In this document: positions 31,297 through 40,576 of the stretch, piece by piece
Layout: each line of letters begins with the position of its first letter
How positions within the stretch are numbered: the first letter of the stretch is position 1
The notes under the pieces: generated by a model
Database searches by the model: none
Told to the model about the DNA's origin: nothing
Seen by the model: the letters and a program-made list of their open reading frames with translations, nothing else
Position numbers and translations under genes: made by a program
NCBI GenBank assembly: GCA_965231095.1
Contig: OZ246416.1
Location: 343,277-407,276, forward strand
Source: an uncultured Gammaproteobacteria bacterium
GTDB taxonomy: Bacteria > Patescibacteriota > Patescibacteriia > XYB2-FULL-38-15
DNA length: 64,000 nt
Direction: 5' to 3'

Positions 31297-31554
31297 TTAA
31301 ATTATTTCTAAAACTTTTTGTCGTGAAGTAAATCCAGAGACAATTCTGATGCGCGGCGGCGCAATTTTAAAATATCCGGCGATGGCTTTGATAATCGCCT
31401 GATTAGCCAAACCCTTAACCGGCGGCGCCGTGACTGACACATTAAAATTATTTTCATCCACGCGCTCCACTAAATCCTCATGCGCTCTTGGTTTTGCATT
31501 TACAAAAATTTTCATTTTAATTTTTTGCCGAAGCAACGAGATAGCTCGCGACAA
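31297..31554 (-). CDS. DUF167 (YggU/UPF0235) family protein
   Basis: 85 aa; KIFVNAKPRA...VSVTAPPVKGLANQAIIKAIAGYFKI matches YggU family; true start probably the internal MKIFV. Confidence 0.75.
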   Translation of the reverse strand: MSRAISLLRQKIKMKIFVNAKPRAHEDLVERVDENNFNVSVTAPPVKGLANQAIIKAIAGYFKIAPPRIRIVSGFTSRQKVLEII

Positions 31555-32248
31555 TCGCCGCAGTCTCGGCTCGTAAAGTTAATTTTCCCAAACTGACAAT
31601 CTGAAAATTTTTCTCTTGCGCCAATTTTATTTCTTCCTCATCCCAGCCGCCTTCCGGCCCAATCCAAACTCCCACTCTTTTTCCAAAATCGGCCGCCAAT
31701 TTTCTCTGCTCAAAACGCGACGCTTTCACCTCGAAAAATAAATTGGAATCATTTTTCCCGGCATGCGCCAGGGCATCCTTAAATTTTAAAATTTTTCCAA
31801 GCGCCGGCAAAACTCCTCGGCCGGACTGTTCCGCCGCCTCGCGGACAATTTTTTCCAATCTATCCATCCGTAAATTTATTTTTATAGTTTTCGCCGTTAT
31901 AACCGGAATAATTTCCGCCACCCCGGCCTCCACGGCTTTCTCCGCTACCAACTCAAAATTTTCTTTTTTCAAAATTGCCGCGTAAAGCACTGGCTTCATT
32001 TCCGGCTCGGAATCATTTGTTTCCACTTTTAAAATATTTATCCCCACGCTTTGTTTCCCAAAATCCATAATTTCCGCCAACGCTTCCCTTCCATGCCCGT
32101 CGCCCAAAATAATTTGCTCACCAGATTTCAGCCGCAAAACATTTTTTATTTGGTTATAAATTTCCTTATTGGCAATTCCCGTAATTTTTTTGTCAAAATC
32201 AAAGTGGCCGATGAACCTATGTGCTTTCATAAATATATTTTTACACAC
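31517..32248 (-). CDS. rsmE: 16S rRNA (uracil1498-N3)-methyltransferase
   Basis: 243 aa; N-terminal HRFIG..., C-terminal SLGKLTLRAETAAIVA SPOUT knot; likely start at MKAHRF (~32230). Confidence 0.85.
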   Translation of the reverse strand: MCKNIFMKAHRFIGHFDFDKKITGIANKEIYNQIKNVLRLKSGEQIILGDGHGREALAEIMDFGKQSVGINILKVETNDSEPEMKPVLYAAILKKENFELVAEKAVEAGVAEIIPVITAKTIKINLRMDRLEKIVREAAEQSGRGVLPALGKILKFKDALAHAGKNDSNLFFEVKASRFEQRKLAADFGKRVGVWIGPEGGWDEEEIKLAQEKNFQIVSLGKLTLRAETAAIVASYLVASAKN

Positions 32249-32722
32249 TTATCTGTTAATAAGATTAAAAATCACAATTCCGAAGGCTACGGCAACATTT
32301 AACGATTCCTTTTTCCCGCGCATCTTAATTTCTAAAATTTTATCCGCTCGACGTAAAATTCCCGGCGGCAAACCATTTATTTCATTTCCGACCACGACGG
32401 CCGTTTTTGCCAAATCTTTTTTTGATAATTTTATTTTTTGATATGGAATCGAGCGGTCGGATTGTTCAATGGCGAAAATTTTATAATCTTCTTTTTTTAA
32501 TTTATCAATAATCGCCGCCGTCCGTCCAACTTTTTCCCATTTAGTCCAATTCTCCGCGCCCAGCGCCACTTTACTGATTTTCTCATTTGCCCGGCCAAAA
32601 CGATCTCGCGGCGCCGGAGTAATTCCGCATAAATAAATTTTTTTGCAACCGGCCGCGTCGGCTGTCCGAAAAATTGATCCAACATTATGCGTGCTTCTAA
32701 CATTGTGCAAAATAACTACCAT
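32249..32722 (-). CDS. SpoU/TrmH-family RNA 2'-O-methyltransferase
   Basis: 157 aa; HNVGSIFRTADAAG and VVVGNEINGL SPOUT motifs. Confidence 0.85.
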   Translation of the reverse strand: MVVILHNVRSTHNVGSIFRTADAAGCKKIYLCGITPAPRDRFGRANEKISKVALGAENWTKWEKVGRTAAIIDKLKKEDYKIFAIEQSDRSIPYQKIKLSKKDLAKTAVVVGNEINGLPPGILRRADKILEIKMRGKKESLNVAVAFGIVIFNLINR

Positions 32723-32723
32723 A

Positions 32724-33725
32724 TTACTTCCCGCCGGCTAGCTGCCCGCAAGCGCCTTTTACTCCTCGGCCGAAACGATAGCGTTCGGTCGTAAAAATCC
32801 CAGCTCGAACCAGAATTTCCTTAAATTTAATAACGTCTTCTTTTTTTGACGGCAGAAAATCTCCCGTTGGATTATACAAAATTAAATTTACGAAAATCAG
32901 CTGGCGCGGAAGCTGGCCCAAAAGCGCCGCCAACTCGCGCGCGTGCTCCGGCCGATCATTAAAATTTTTAATCATTAAATACTCAAACATTACCTTGCGA
33001 CTGGTCGCCTCCAAATACTCGCCGACCGCCGCCATAATTTTTTTAATATTATATTTTTTTCCGACCGGCATAATTTCGCCACGTAATTTATCATTTGGCG
33101 CATGGAGCGAAATAGCCAAATTAACTTGCATTGATTCTTTGGTGAATTTTCTTATTCCTTCCACAATGCCGGCGGTAGAAATGGAAATGTGCCTGGCGCC
33201 GAGACCTAAACCTTTCTGATCATTTATAATTTTTATGGCCGCCAAAACATTTTCATAATTTAAAAATGGTTCGCCCATTCCCATAAAAACCACGTTATCA
33301 ACTTTTTGTTTTTCTTTTTTCAGTAATCTCGCTGAACACAAAACCTGTTCAACAATTTCGCCGACGGAAAGATTTCTTTTAAAACCCATTTTACCAGTAG
33401 CGCAAAAAGCACAAGCTAGGGGGCATCCGACTTCAGAGGAAACGCAAACCGTGTTTCGTCCTTCATGACGCATTAAAACCGATTCAATTTTTTCCCCGTC
33501 GGCAAGAGTAATTAAAAATTTAATTGTTGCGCCGTCGCTTGAAATAAATTTTTTAAAATCAATTTCAAGCGGAACTTCTTGATTTAATTTTTCCCGAAGC
33601 GCGGAGGGCAAATTACTCGCCTCCTCCCAATTCTCAATCAACTTGGAAAAAACCGCCTCCCGCGCCTGTTTTGTGCGATAAGCCGGTTCATCCGCAAGAA
33701 TTTTTTCTAATTTTTCTAAATTCAT
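32724..33725 (-). CDS. rlmN: 23S rRNA/tRNA A-C2 methyltransferase (radical SAM)
   Basis: 333 aa; CPLACAFCATG radical-SAM motif and MGMGEP. Confidence 0.9.
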   Translation of the reverse strand: MNLEKLEKILADEPAYRTKQAREAVFSKLIENWEEASNLPSALREKLNQEVPLEIDFKKFISSDGATIKFLITLADGEKIESVLMRHEGRNTVCVSSEVGCPLACAFCATGKMGFKRNLSVGEIVEQVLCSARLLKKEKQKVDNVVFMGMGEPFLNYENVLAAIKIINDQKGLGLGARHISISTAGIVEGIRKFTKESMQVNLAISLHAPNDKLRGEIMPVGKKYNIKKIMAAVGEYLEATSRKVMFEYLMIKNFNDRPEHARELAALLGQLPRQLIFVNLILYNPTGDFLPSKKEDVIKFKEILVRAGIFTTERYRFGRGVKGACGQLAGGK

Positions 33726-34363
33726 AATTTAATAGTATTTTTTTTCTTAAACTGTCCGACTCTTGTCCGTTCGAGCGCTGCCAAATATCCGCCCACTTTT
33801 AATTTTTTTCCCAAATCGCGCGCCAGCGAGCGAACATAAAATCCCGAACCGGAAATAATTTTTATTTTTAAGAATGGCCATTTATATTTTATTATTTTTA
33901 TATTTTTCACTTCTACCCGGCGTTTTTTTAATTTTGGAATTTCTCCGCGTCGCGCCAATTTATACGCCCGCTCACCTTTTATTTTTATCGCGCTGAAATT
34001 CGGCGGCAATTGCATTATTTTTCCGTGGAATTTTTTCAAAACTTTTTCTATGTCCGCGCGCGTTGGTTTTTTTATAAACTCCACAGCTACTTTTTCTCCT
34101 CCTTCGTCGTCAGTCGTGCTCTCCGCGCCGAATCGCACCGTCGCCACATATTCTTTTTCTGATTCCACGACTTCATGCAGTTTCCTCGTCGCCTCCCGCC
34201 CGATGCCAACAACCAAAACTCCGCTAGCCAACGGGTCGAGCGTTCCGGCGTGGCCGATTTTTTTGATGCCGGTGATTTTCCGCAATTTATGAATTATATC
34301 AAAAGAAGTCGGCCCTTTTGGCTTCCAAACCGCGACAATTCCTTTTTTTATTTTATTTTCCAT
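33722..34363 (-). CDS. truB: tRNA pseudouridine(55) synthase (short form without PUA domain)
   Basis: 213 aa; GHAGTLDPLASGVLVVGIG catalytic Asp motif. Confidence 0.9.
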   Translation of the reverse strand: MENKIKKGIVAVWKPKGPTSFDIIHKLRKITGIKKIGHAGTLDPLASGVLVVGIGREATRKLHEVVESEKEYVATVRFGAESTTDDEGGEKVAVEFIKKPTRADIEKVLKKFHGKIMQLPPNFSAIKIKGERAYKLARRGEIPKLKKRRVEVKNIKIIKYKWPFLKIKIISGSGFYVRSLARDLGKKLKVGGYLAALERTRVGQFKKKNTIKL

Positions 34364-34365
34364 TT

Positions 34366-34935
34366 TTATGGCTGCAAAATATCTTCAGTCCGGCCATTGA
34401 TGGAAATTATTACATCCGTCACAGTTGGAAATTGCTTTAAAGTTTCTCTGATTTGCGAAGCAATCGCCGCCACCCGGCATGACCCACCTACTTGAAATTC
34501 CAATTGCTCATCAAAATCAACATTAGCAACCCCGTTTGCGACAACCAAGCTTTGAATTTTTACTCCCGGGTTAATGCTCGTAAAATATCCTTCCTCTTTT
34601 TCCTCGTCAGTCGGTCCGGCAAGCAACTGCTCTAATGCCGCTCGCGCCACGGCTACCGTTTTTGGAATTACCCTTTCCACCGCAAAATTTTTACTGCAAT
34701 CCAAAACTTCCGGATCAAAAATACTGTTGCCAAAAAATACTTTCACGGTCATCGTCTCTTCCCCATTTTCCTCGCCACATGATTCGGTCGGCTGCGATGC
34801 GCCCGGATTTCCATGTTTTACCCATTCTCCATTTTGGCAAATCCAATTATCTTCCCCGCTCCAAAATCTCAAACCTAAAATTATTGCCGCGACGACGACC
34901 ACAACCGCCAAAATAATTAAAATTGTTTTTTTCAT
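34366..34935 (-). CDS. GerMN-domain lipoprotein-like protein
   Basis: 189 aa; N-terminal TM/signal; GerM-type motifs (VKVFFGN...VERVIP...ALEQLLAGP). Confidence 0.6.
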   Translation of the reverse strand: MKKTILIILAVVVVVAAIILGLRFWSGEDNWICQNGEWVKHGNPGASQPTESCGEENGEETMTVKVFFGNSIFDPEVLDCSKNFAVERVIPKTVAVARAALEQLLAGPTDEEKEEGYFTSINPGVKIQSLVVANGVANVDFDEQLEFQVGGSCRVAAIASQIRETLKQFPTVTDVIISINGRTEDILQP

Positions 34936-34981
34936 AAGTTAGCTTGTAAAATTTGTAAAGTTAATTGTTAACGGTCAACTG

Positions 34982-35707
34982 TTAACTGTTAATTTTATAC
35001 ACCACATCTTTTCTCTCCACCACAATCTCCCATCCCGCTCGCCGCGCCGCGTCATATAATCTTTTATTTGGATTAAAACAAATCGGCCGGTCCACCATTT
35101 TCAAAAATCTAATATCACTATCCGTATCGCCAACACCCACCGATCCGCGCAAAGTCAAATTTTCTTTTTCCACCGCTCGCGCCAAAACTTTTGCTTTATC
35201 GGAAATCAAATCAAGATAAAGCATCTCACTCGTAAATTTTCCCCGAGCGTCCACTTTATAAATCCGGCCATAAACCTTGTCAAACCCGAGCCCCTTGCAA
35301 AATCCTTGCACAATTTCCCGCGGCGAGTGCGATATGGCGAGCAAAAAATATTTTTTCTTTTTTAAATCGCGAACCAAATCTCTGGTAAAACGATAAACGC
35401 GGTTATGATGAAAAGCGATTACTTTTCGCGCCACTTCTAAAAAATCCGCGCGGCGCACACCTTTGATATTTTTATTGTAAGCCAAAACCACTGCGTTGAT
35501 ATATTTTTCATAAATATCGCGGCGATCCAACCATTTTTTGTAAGCCCCGGCGTATGTTTTTCTTAAATTTGCCGGAAACAAACCTTCGGAAATCATCGCC
35601 TCAACCAATTCAATTAGTAAGCTTGATCTAAAAATTGTCCCGTCAATATCAAATATCGCGACTTTCTTTTTCATATTTGAATGGGTTAAAATTTGTTTTG
35701 TAGTCAT
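34982..35707 (-). CDS. HAD-superfamily hydrolase (subfamily IB-like)
   Basis: 241 aa; motif I VAIFDIDGTI and C-terminal GVGDTDSD. Confidence 0.7.
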   Translation of the reverse strand: MTTKQILTHSNMKKKVAIFDIDGTIFRSSLLIELVEAMISEGLFPANLRKTYAGAYKKWLDRRDIYEKYINAVVLAYNKNIKGVRRADFLEVARKVIAFHHNRVYRFTRDLVRDLKKKKYFLLAISHSPREIVQGFCKGLGFDKVYGRIYKVDARGKFTSEMLYLDLISDKAKVLARAVEKENLTLRGSVGVGDTDSDIRFLKMVDRPICFNPNKRLYDAARRAGWEIVVERKDVVYKINS

Positions 35708-36347
35708 AAAAATCTTCCGACTCCGCCCGCTTCAGCCATTTTACAATTTTATAAGTCGCCGGAGTAAATAAAACTTCCACGCCGGTTTTAAATAAATAAT
35801 TTGAAATAATTAAAGTTAAAAGCAAACTGCTGGGCAAAACTCCCCAAAAAGCAATCAAGATAAAAAGTGTCGTATCAATTCCTTCGCCAATCAAAGTTGA
35901 ACCAATCGTCCGCGCCCAAAGTTTCTTCCCCTTCATCCAAATTTTCATCTTTGCCAAAATAAATGAATTGGAAAATCCTCCGGCAAAATACGCAATCAAA
36001 CTCGCGGCCACAATCCGCGGCGTGAGCCCCAAAATTTTATCATAAGCATCTTGGTTTTCCCAGCCCGCCGCCGCCGGAAGTTTGCCGACAATAATAAAAA
36101 CCACGGACATCAAAAGCGCCGCGCCAAATCCAAGCCAGATAACTTTTCGGGAACGCCGGTAGCCATAAACTTCAGTCAAAATATCTCCAAAAATATAGCT
36201 CAAGGGAAAAAGCAATGTCCCGCCGTCAAAAGTAAAAAATCCAAAATCCAAAATTTTTGTGGAGGCAATATTGGAAATTAAAAGCACGGCCACAAAAAAC
36301 GCGGTGATAACATCAAGATATTTAAAATTTTTGCGGCCTTCTTCCAT
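35649..36347 (-). CDS. yhhQ: Queuosine precursor transporter (YhhQ / VUT family, DUF165)
   Basis: 232 aa; ...LFPLSYIFGDILTEVYGYRRSRKVIWLGF... signature. Confidence 0.8.
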   Translation of the reverse strand: MEEGRKNFKYLDVITAFFVAVLLISNIASTKILDFGFFTFDGGTLLFPLSYIFGDILTEVYGYRRSRKVIWLGFGAALLMSVVFIIVGKLPAAAGWENQDAYDKILGLTPRIVAASLIAYFAGGFSNSFILAKMKIWMKGKKLWARTIGSTLIGEGIDTTLFILIAFWGVLPSSLLLTLIISNYLFKTGVEVLFTPATYKIVKWLKRAESEDFYDYKTNFNPFKYEKESRDI

Positions 36348-36350
36348 AAT

Positions 36351-37238
36351 TTAAAAATTTTCCTTTTCCACGCCGCGCGCCGCCCGACGATAATTGCAAT
36401 AATCGCAATCAGCCGCCGCCTCGGGAATTTTCTCCGCGGTAAGACATTTATGCGCGTCAACAATTGCCTGCTCAACCCATGAATCGTCTCCGGTGTAGCC
36501 AATTAATTTAACATCAAACTCCAACTTACCATCAAAGGCCTCTTTGTCGGTGTCGCCGTTGCAATAAACAAAATATCCCGTATCAGAAACTTTAAATTCG
36601 TTTTTACGAAATAACCATTGATAGATTTCCATTTGGCGCTTGTATCCAATTTGCCAATCAGCGTCAAGGCTCACCTCCCCGTTTTTGGACGTTGCTTTAT
36701 AATCCACAATAATTAACTTGCCGTTTGGATCCACCCAAACATCATCTACTCCGCCGGTGATAAGCAGATTTGTTTTTTTATGCAAAAATTGGATTCCGCG
36801 GCGAAGCGAGTCGCGCCACTCTTCCATTTTTTCATGCTTGAACGGGACAGCATCAACATTATATTTTTCCATCAAGGGGTGCGCGGTTTTTGCCGTACGG
36901 TGAATATCAAATTCTTTTTTTAAAAGAGCATCCACCGCCGAATTTAAACTAAAAGGAAATCCCGGAGGACGCCCGATACCCAAACGACGATCCAGATAAA
37001 AACACCTTTGACAATTCAAAAATAAATCAATCTTTGAACGGCTGACCCTGAACGGTTCGTTTGATTTTGGATCAAAGATATTTCGTGTCCGTGTTGCCCT
37101 GTAATATTCTGACATATATCCATATATTATCTGCACTCGCTCGGAAATGAATAAATTCATTTCTCTCACTCGCTTGATAATAAAAAATTGTTTAAATTTT
37201 AATAAATCCGAGTTACTTAAATTTACCACAAAAGGCAT
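36351..37238 (-). CDS. PD-(D/E)XK nuclease superfamily protein with C-terminal Cys cluster (Cas4/RecB-nuclease-like fold), standalone
   Basis: 295 aa; IIVDYKATS (D..K) motif and C-terminal CDYC; no CRISPR or cas neighbours. Confidence 0.55.
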   Translation of the reverse strand: MPFVVNLSNSDLLKFKQFFIIKRVREMNLFISERVQIIYGYMSEYYRATRTRNIFDPKSNEPFRVSRSKIDLFLNCQRCFYLDRRLGIGRPPGFPFSLNSAVDALLKKEFDIHRTAKTAHPLMEKYNVDAVPFKHEKMEEWRDSLRRGIQFLHKKTNLLITGGVDDVWVDPNGKLIIVDYKATSKNGEVSLDADWQIGYKRQMEIYQWLFRKNEFKVSDTGYFVYCNGDTDKEAFDGKLEFDVKLIGYTGDDSWVEQAIVDAHKCLTAEKIPEAAADCDYCNYRRAARGVEKENF

Positions 37239-37268
37239 TAATAATAAAGGGCAAAAAATTTAATAAAA

Positions 37269-37297
37269 TTGACAAAAATTTTCTCTACCGATAAGAT
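37269..37297 (+). promoter_or_regulatory. Near-consensus sigma70 promoter TTGACA-17-TAAGAT upstream of a GC-rich small gene
   Basis: Hexamers read directly; followed by AAGGAG RBS. Confidence 0.5.
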
Positions 37298-37309
37298 GCT
37301 TACAGTTCC

Positions 37310-37768
37310 GTGTGGGGAGGAAAAGGAGCAAGGAAATTGGAGGAACTTCTGACGCCCGTTCTTGGCATCTTGGGGCAACATCAGGGTCTGGGTGCAAAAC
37401 TATTCTGCTTCGTGGAAAAATTCGGCGGAGGTGAAGCTCACTGTGTAGGATCGCTGAATGTGGGTCACGTCCAATGGTATGGCACCAACGGCTTTGCTCT
37501 TCTTCTTTGCGGTTCCCCCGATGGCGCCTCACCGAGTCCGCCACGGCCAATCTCAACATGCGAAATGGGGCCGAAGCAATTTCACAGTGTCTTCCATGGC
37601 TCGACCCTGGCCGTAGCAGAGACTTTCCATGACGGCGATCGTGAGTACGTTGTAGTCTGCAACGAAACTCGGGGCCATCTGGCTCGTCAACGCACGCTCT
37701 TCTTGGCCCTACTCCGCGAGGTTGTGGAGAAGCTAGCGCGCGAAGCGGCAGAAAAAACAGAAGAATAA
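37310..37768 (+). CDS. Hypothetical ~145-aa protein in a GC-rich islet (likely start TTG at ~37337 after AAGGAG, or GTG at 37310)
   Basis: Promoter, RBS and strong terminator on plus strand; opposite-strand ORF is Arg-rich, low complexity. Confidence 0.5.
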   Translation: MWGGKGARKLEELLTPVLGILGQHQGLGAKLFCFVEKFGGGEAHCVGSLNVGHVQWYGTNGFALLLCGSPDGASPSPPRPISTCEMGPKQFHSVFHGSTLAVAETFHDGDREYVVVCNETRGHLARQRTLFLALLREVVEKLAREAAEKTEE

Positions 37769-37786
37769 CAAGGAGGAACGTAACTT

Positions 37787-37819
37787 CCCGCCGGGACACA
37801 ACCGGCGGGAGTTTTTTTA
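37787..37819 (+). terminator. Intrinsic terminator (cccgccggg-acacaa-cccggcggg + T7)
   Basis: Perfect GC stem and T-run read directly. Confidence 0.6.
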
Positions 37820-37901
37820 TACAAAAATTATTCTGATCAGCTGCTCACTTGTCTTGAATTTATATTTTTGATAGAGTAAATAAAAGTTTTGTACTCACCT
37901 T

Positions 37902-37972
37902 TCGGGGATCGTCTAGCGGTAGGACGCCAGGTTCTGGCCCTGGTAACCTTGGTTCGAATCCAAGTCCCCGAG
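37902..37972 (+). tRNA. tRNA-Gln (anticodon CUG)
   Basis: Hand-folded cloverleaf: acceptor tcgggga/tccccga, D-loop with GG, anticodon arm ccagg-ttCTGgc-cctgg, T-loop ttcgaat; CCA not encoded. Confidence 0.75.
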
Positions 37973-37989
37973 AAGTGGGCGCAAAAAAA

Positions 37990-38012
37990 CGGGAAATAGC
38001 TCCCGTTTTTTA
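37990..38012. terminator. Hairpin cgggaaatagctcccg with T-runs on both sides (bidirectional terminator for tRNA-Gln and dnaX)
   Basis: Stem-loop plus tttttta (plus strand) / ttttttt (minus strand). Confidence 0.5.
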
Positions 38013-38030
38013 TTTTTAAATTTTTAACTT

Positions 38031-39614
38031 CTACCCCACCACCGTTCCGCCAAATTCTTCCAAAACTCTCCCCACTTCAAGCGGCGGCGGGCCGGGTGGC
38101 TCGGGCAAATCGGCAACAACTCCACTCACCCTGACATCGCCTCCGGTCACTTCCTTAATCATATTTCTTAAAACCAAATTATTCTTGCTTTCATTAATTC
38201 TCTCTTTGTGAAAACGATATTTGAATCCAATCTGCAACGTTCCGTTTTCAATAACCATCGGCTGGCCGACACGCAAAATGAAAACCAACGCCGGACTTCG
38301 ATCTGCCGCCAAACGCAAAATATCAAACCATTTTTCCTTCACTTGTTCTAAAGTTAAATTAGTCGCAAGCAACGCCGCGTCTACCAAAGGCTCTTCTTTT
38401 TTTTCTACACTTTCTTTCCCTGGCAAGGGTTTTATTTTTGGCCGCTCTTCCATCATCTTTGGCGCGGGTGGAATTTTGGGTAGAGAAACCGTCGGCAATG
38501 CGGCAGCCGCGGAAAATCCTCCGACAATTTCCACCACTGCCATTTCAAGGGGCAGCTGGGCAATATCGGAAAATTTCAATTCTTGTTTTTTCTCAATGAA
38601 AAGTTCAAGCCAATCAATCAATTTGTGCGATTCAATATCTTTGGCAAGCTGAATAATTTTTTTTTCTGAATCCGAATCAAGATCAAAAGCAAACTCCGCC
38701 AAACTTCCACTCACTCCGGCAAGCAAAATTTTTCGTAAAAATTCCACGAGATCGGCGGTAAACTGTGACAAATCAATCCCCTCTTCCACGAGTTTATTTA
38801 CAAGCCGCAAAGCTTTTTCCGCGTCACGCGTCGCCAAAAATCCGACAAAATCGCCAACTAAATTAAAATCAGATTTGGGAATTACGAGCTCCGCCTGCTC
38901 GCGGCTGATTTTATTTTTCGCGTCGCGAAGAGCCAAAACTTGCCCGAGCAAACTTTCCGCGTCGCGCACGCATCCTTCCGACGACCGCGCAATGCTTTCC
39001 AAAATATTTTCATCAACTTCCACTCGTTCCATGCTCAAAACATATTTCAAGCGCTCCACGACTTCGCGGCGGGAAATTTTTTTAAAATCAAATCTTTGAC
39101 AGCGAGAAATAATTGTCGCCGGAACTTTATGAATTTCGGTCGTGGCCATAATAAAAATCACGCGGGGCGGCGGTTCTTCAATCGTTTTCAAAAGTGCGTT
39201 AAAGGCTGAAGTGGAAAGCATATGCACTTCATCAATGATGAAAACTTTGTATTTCCGTCGGCTCGGAGAAAATTTTGCGTTCGCCACGATATTGTCGCGG
39301 ACATTATCAACTCCGGTGTGGCTCGCGGCGTCAATTTCCACGATATCTAAATCTCGGCCAGAAGTAATCTCCTCGCACGAACTGCATTTATTGCACGGCT
39401 CGGATTCGGACGCTTTGCGATTTTCGCAATTCACGGCCTTAGCCAAAAGACGCGCGGCGGTAGTTTTACCAATTCCCCGCGGTCCGCAAAATAAATAAGC
39501 GTGGGCGACTTTGTCAGTTTCAATTTCATTCTGGATAGCAATCTTAATATGATTCTGGTTTGTCATTTCGCTCCACTTCTGCGGCCGATATTTTCTATAT
39601 AATGTTGTGGACAT
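38031..39614 (-). CDS. dnaX: DNA polymerase III subunit gamma/tau
   Basis: 527 aa; AYLFCGPRGIGKTT Walker A, Zn-binding CxxC, SRC motif. Confidence 0.9.
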   Translation of the reverse strand: MSTTLYRKYRPQKWSEMTNQNHIKIAIQNEIETDKVAHAYLFCGPRGIGKTTAARLLAKAVNCENRKASESEPCNKCSSCEEITSGRDLDIVEIDAASHTGVDNVRDNIVANAKFSPSRRKYKVFIIDEVHMLSTSAFNALLKTIEEPPPRVIFIMATTEIHKVPATIISRCQRFDFKKISRREVVERLKYVLSMERVEVDENILESIARSSEGCVRDAESLLGQVLALRDAKNKISREQAELVIPKSDFNLVGDFVGFLATRDAEKALRLVNKLVEEGIDLSQFTADLVEFLRKILLAGVSGSLAEFAFDLDSDSEKKIIQLAKDIESHKLIDWLELFIEKKQELKFSDIAQLPLEMAVVEIVGGFSAAAALPTVSLPKIPPAPKMMEERPKIKPLPGKESVEKKEEPLVDAALLATNLTLEQVKEKWFDILRLAADRSPALVFILRVGQPMVIENGTLQIGFKYRFHKERINESKNNLVLRNMIKEVTGGDVRVSGVVADLPEPPGPPPLEVGRVLEEFGGTVVG

Positions 39615-39728
39615 AAAAATATTATTACTTGCCCTATCTTATATCATTTTTCTGATTTTGGCAAATGAAGATAGATTTCAAAAGGCTGCTCTCAAGGAAC
39701 AGCCTTATAATTATTTATTTTTTAAAAT

Positions 39729-40529
39729 CTACTCCACTATTCTCTTAATCACATTCTCCACCGCCGCCCATTTTGACGGCGTATTTTTCGGGATCAAGAC
39801 AACCGCTTCGTCGCCGGGCTCGCCTTTAAAAAACGTCACCGGCGCGGTCAAAACTTTCCACTTTTTCCCGCCCGCCCCAACCGTCCAGCCGCCCGATTCA
39901 GATTCTTCGAGCGTTCCCACAATTCTATTCCGCTCAATCGGCCCGATTTGTTTAAAAAGGAAATTTCCGCGGGCGTTGATGGTTAATTTTAAAATATCAC
40001 CTTCCACCAATTTTGATTTTGAAGCATAATTAGCCGGCACTAAATATTCTTTTCCGTCGGCGCCAATCATATTTTGGCCGTTAAAAACTCCTTCCATAAT
40101 TCTCTCGCCCGATTCGCCATAAGCCACGTCCGGCTGGGAAACGGTTTTCAATCCGCTAAACATCGGCGAAACAGAGGGTGCAACGGCCGCCATATCCGAT
40201 TCAAGAAAACTTTGTTTAACTTTTTCTTCATATTTCGGCGCGTCCTCGCCCAAAAGACAGTTTATCCGCCGTAAATTATTTTGCGTTTCCTGAACAATTT
40301 TTTTGATCAATTCTATTTTTTCAAAATTGAAAGAAATTTCCAAATCTTTAAGTTCGGTTTTGGCCGGCGCGTCATAAATTTTTGGCACAACGTCAAGCGG
40401 AACGGACTCGGCGGGCATGGCCATTGGCTCCGCGACCTCCATTGCTTCTTGCCCCAACTCCTCCCGATTTTCCCCCAAACCGTCAATATTCCCGAAAAGA
40501 TCGTTTTGATTTTGATTTTGTTCGTCCAT
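39729..40529 (-). CDS. Hypothetical acidic protein, co-directional with and just downstream of the VirD4-like ATPase
   Basis: 266 aa; Gln/Asn-rich N-terminus; no recognisable domain. Confidence 0.45.
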   Translation of the reverse strand: MDEQNQNQNDLFGNIDGLGENREELGQEAMEVAEPMAMPAESVPLDVVPKIYDAPAKTELKDLEISFNFEKIELIKKIVQETQNNLRRINCLLGEDAPKYEEKVKQSFLESDMAAVAPSVSPMFSGLKTVSQPDVAYGESGERIMEGVFNGQNMIGADGKEYLVPANYASKSKLVEGDILKLTINARGNFLFKQIGPIERNRIVGTLEESESGGWTVGAGGKKWKVLTAPVTFFKGEPGDEAVVLIPKNTPSKWAAVENVIKRIVE

Positions 40530-40576
40530 AGAAATTTTTAATTTTAAATTGTAATTTTTTATTTTTTATTTTTAAT

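Noticed and set aside
37260-37799. 179-aa minus-strand ORF in the third GC islet
   Set aside because: Arg-rich, runs through the plus-strand terminator hairpin. The plus-strand ORF has promoter, RBS and terminator.
39640-39728. Hairpin aaggctg...cagcctt followed by T-rich tract on plus strand
   Set aside because: No plus-strand gene lies upstream for it to terminate, and on the minus strand it lacks a T-run. Could be incidental, so not called as a terminator.
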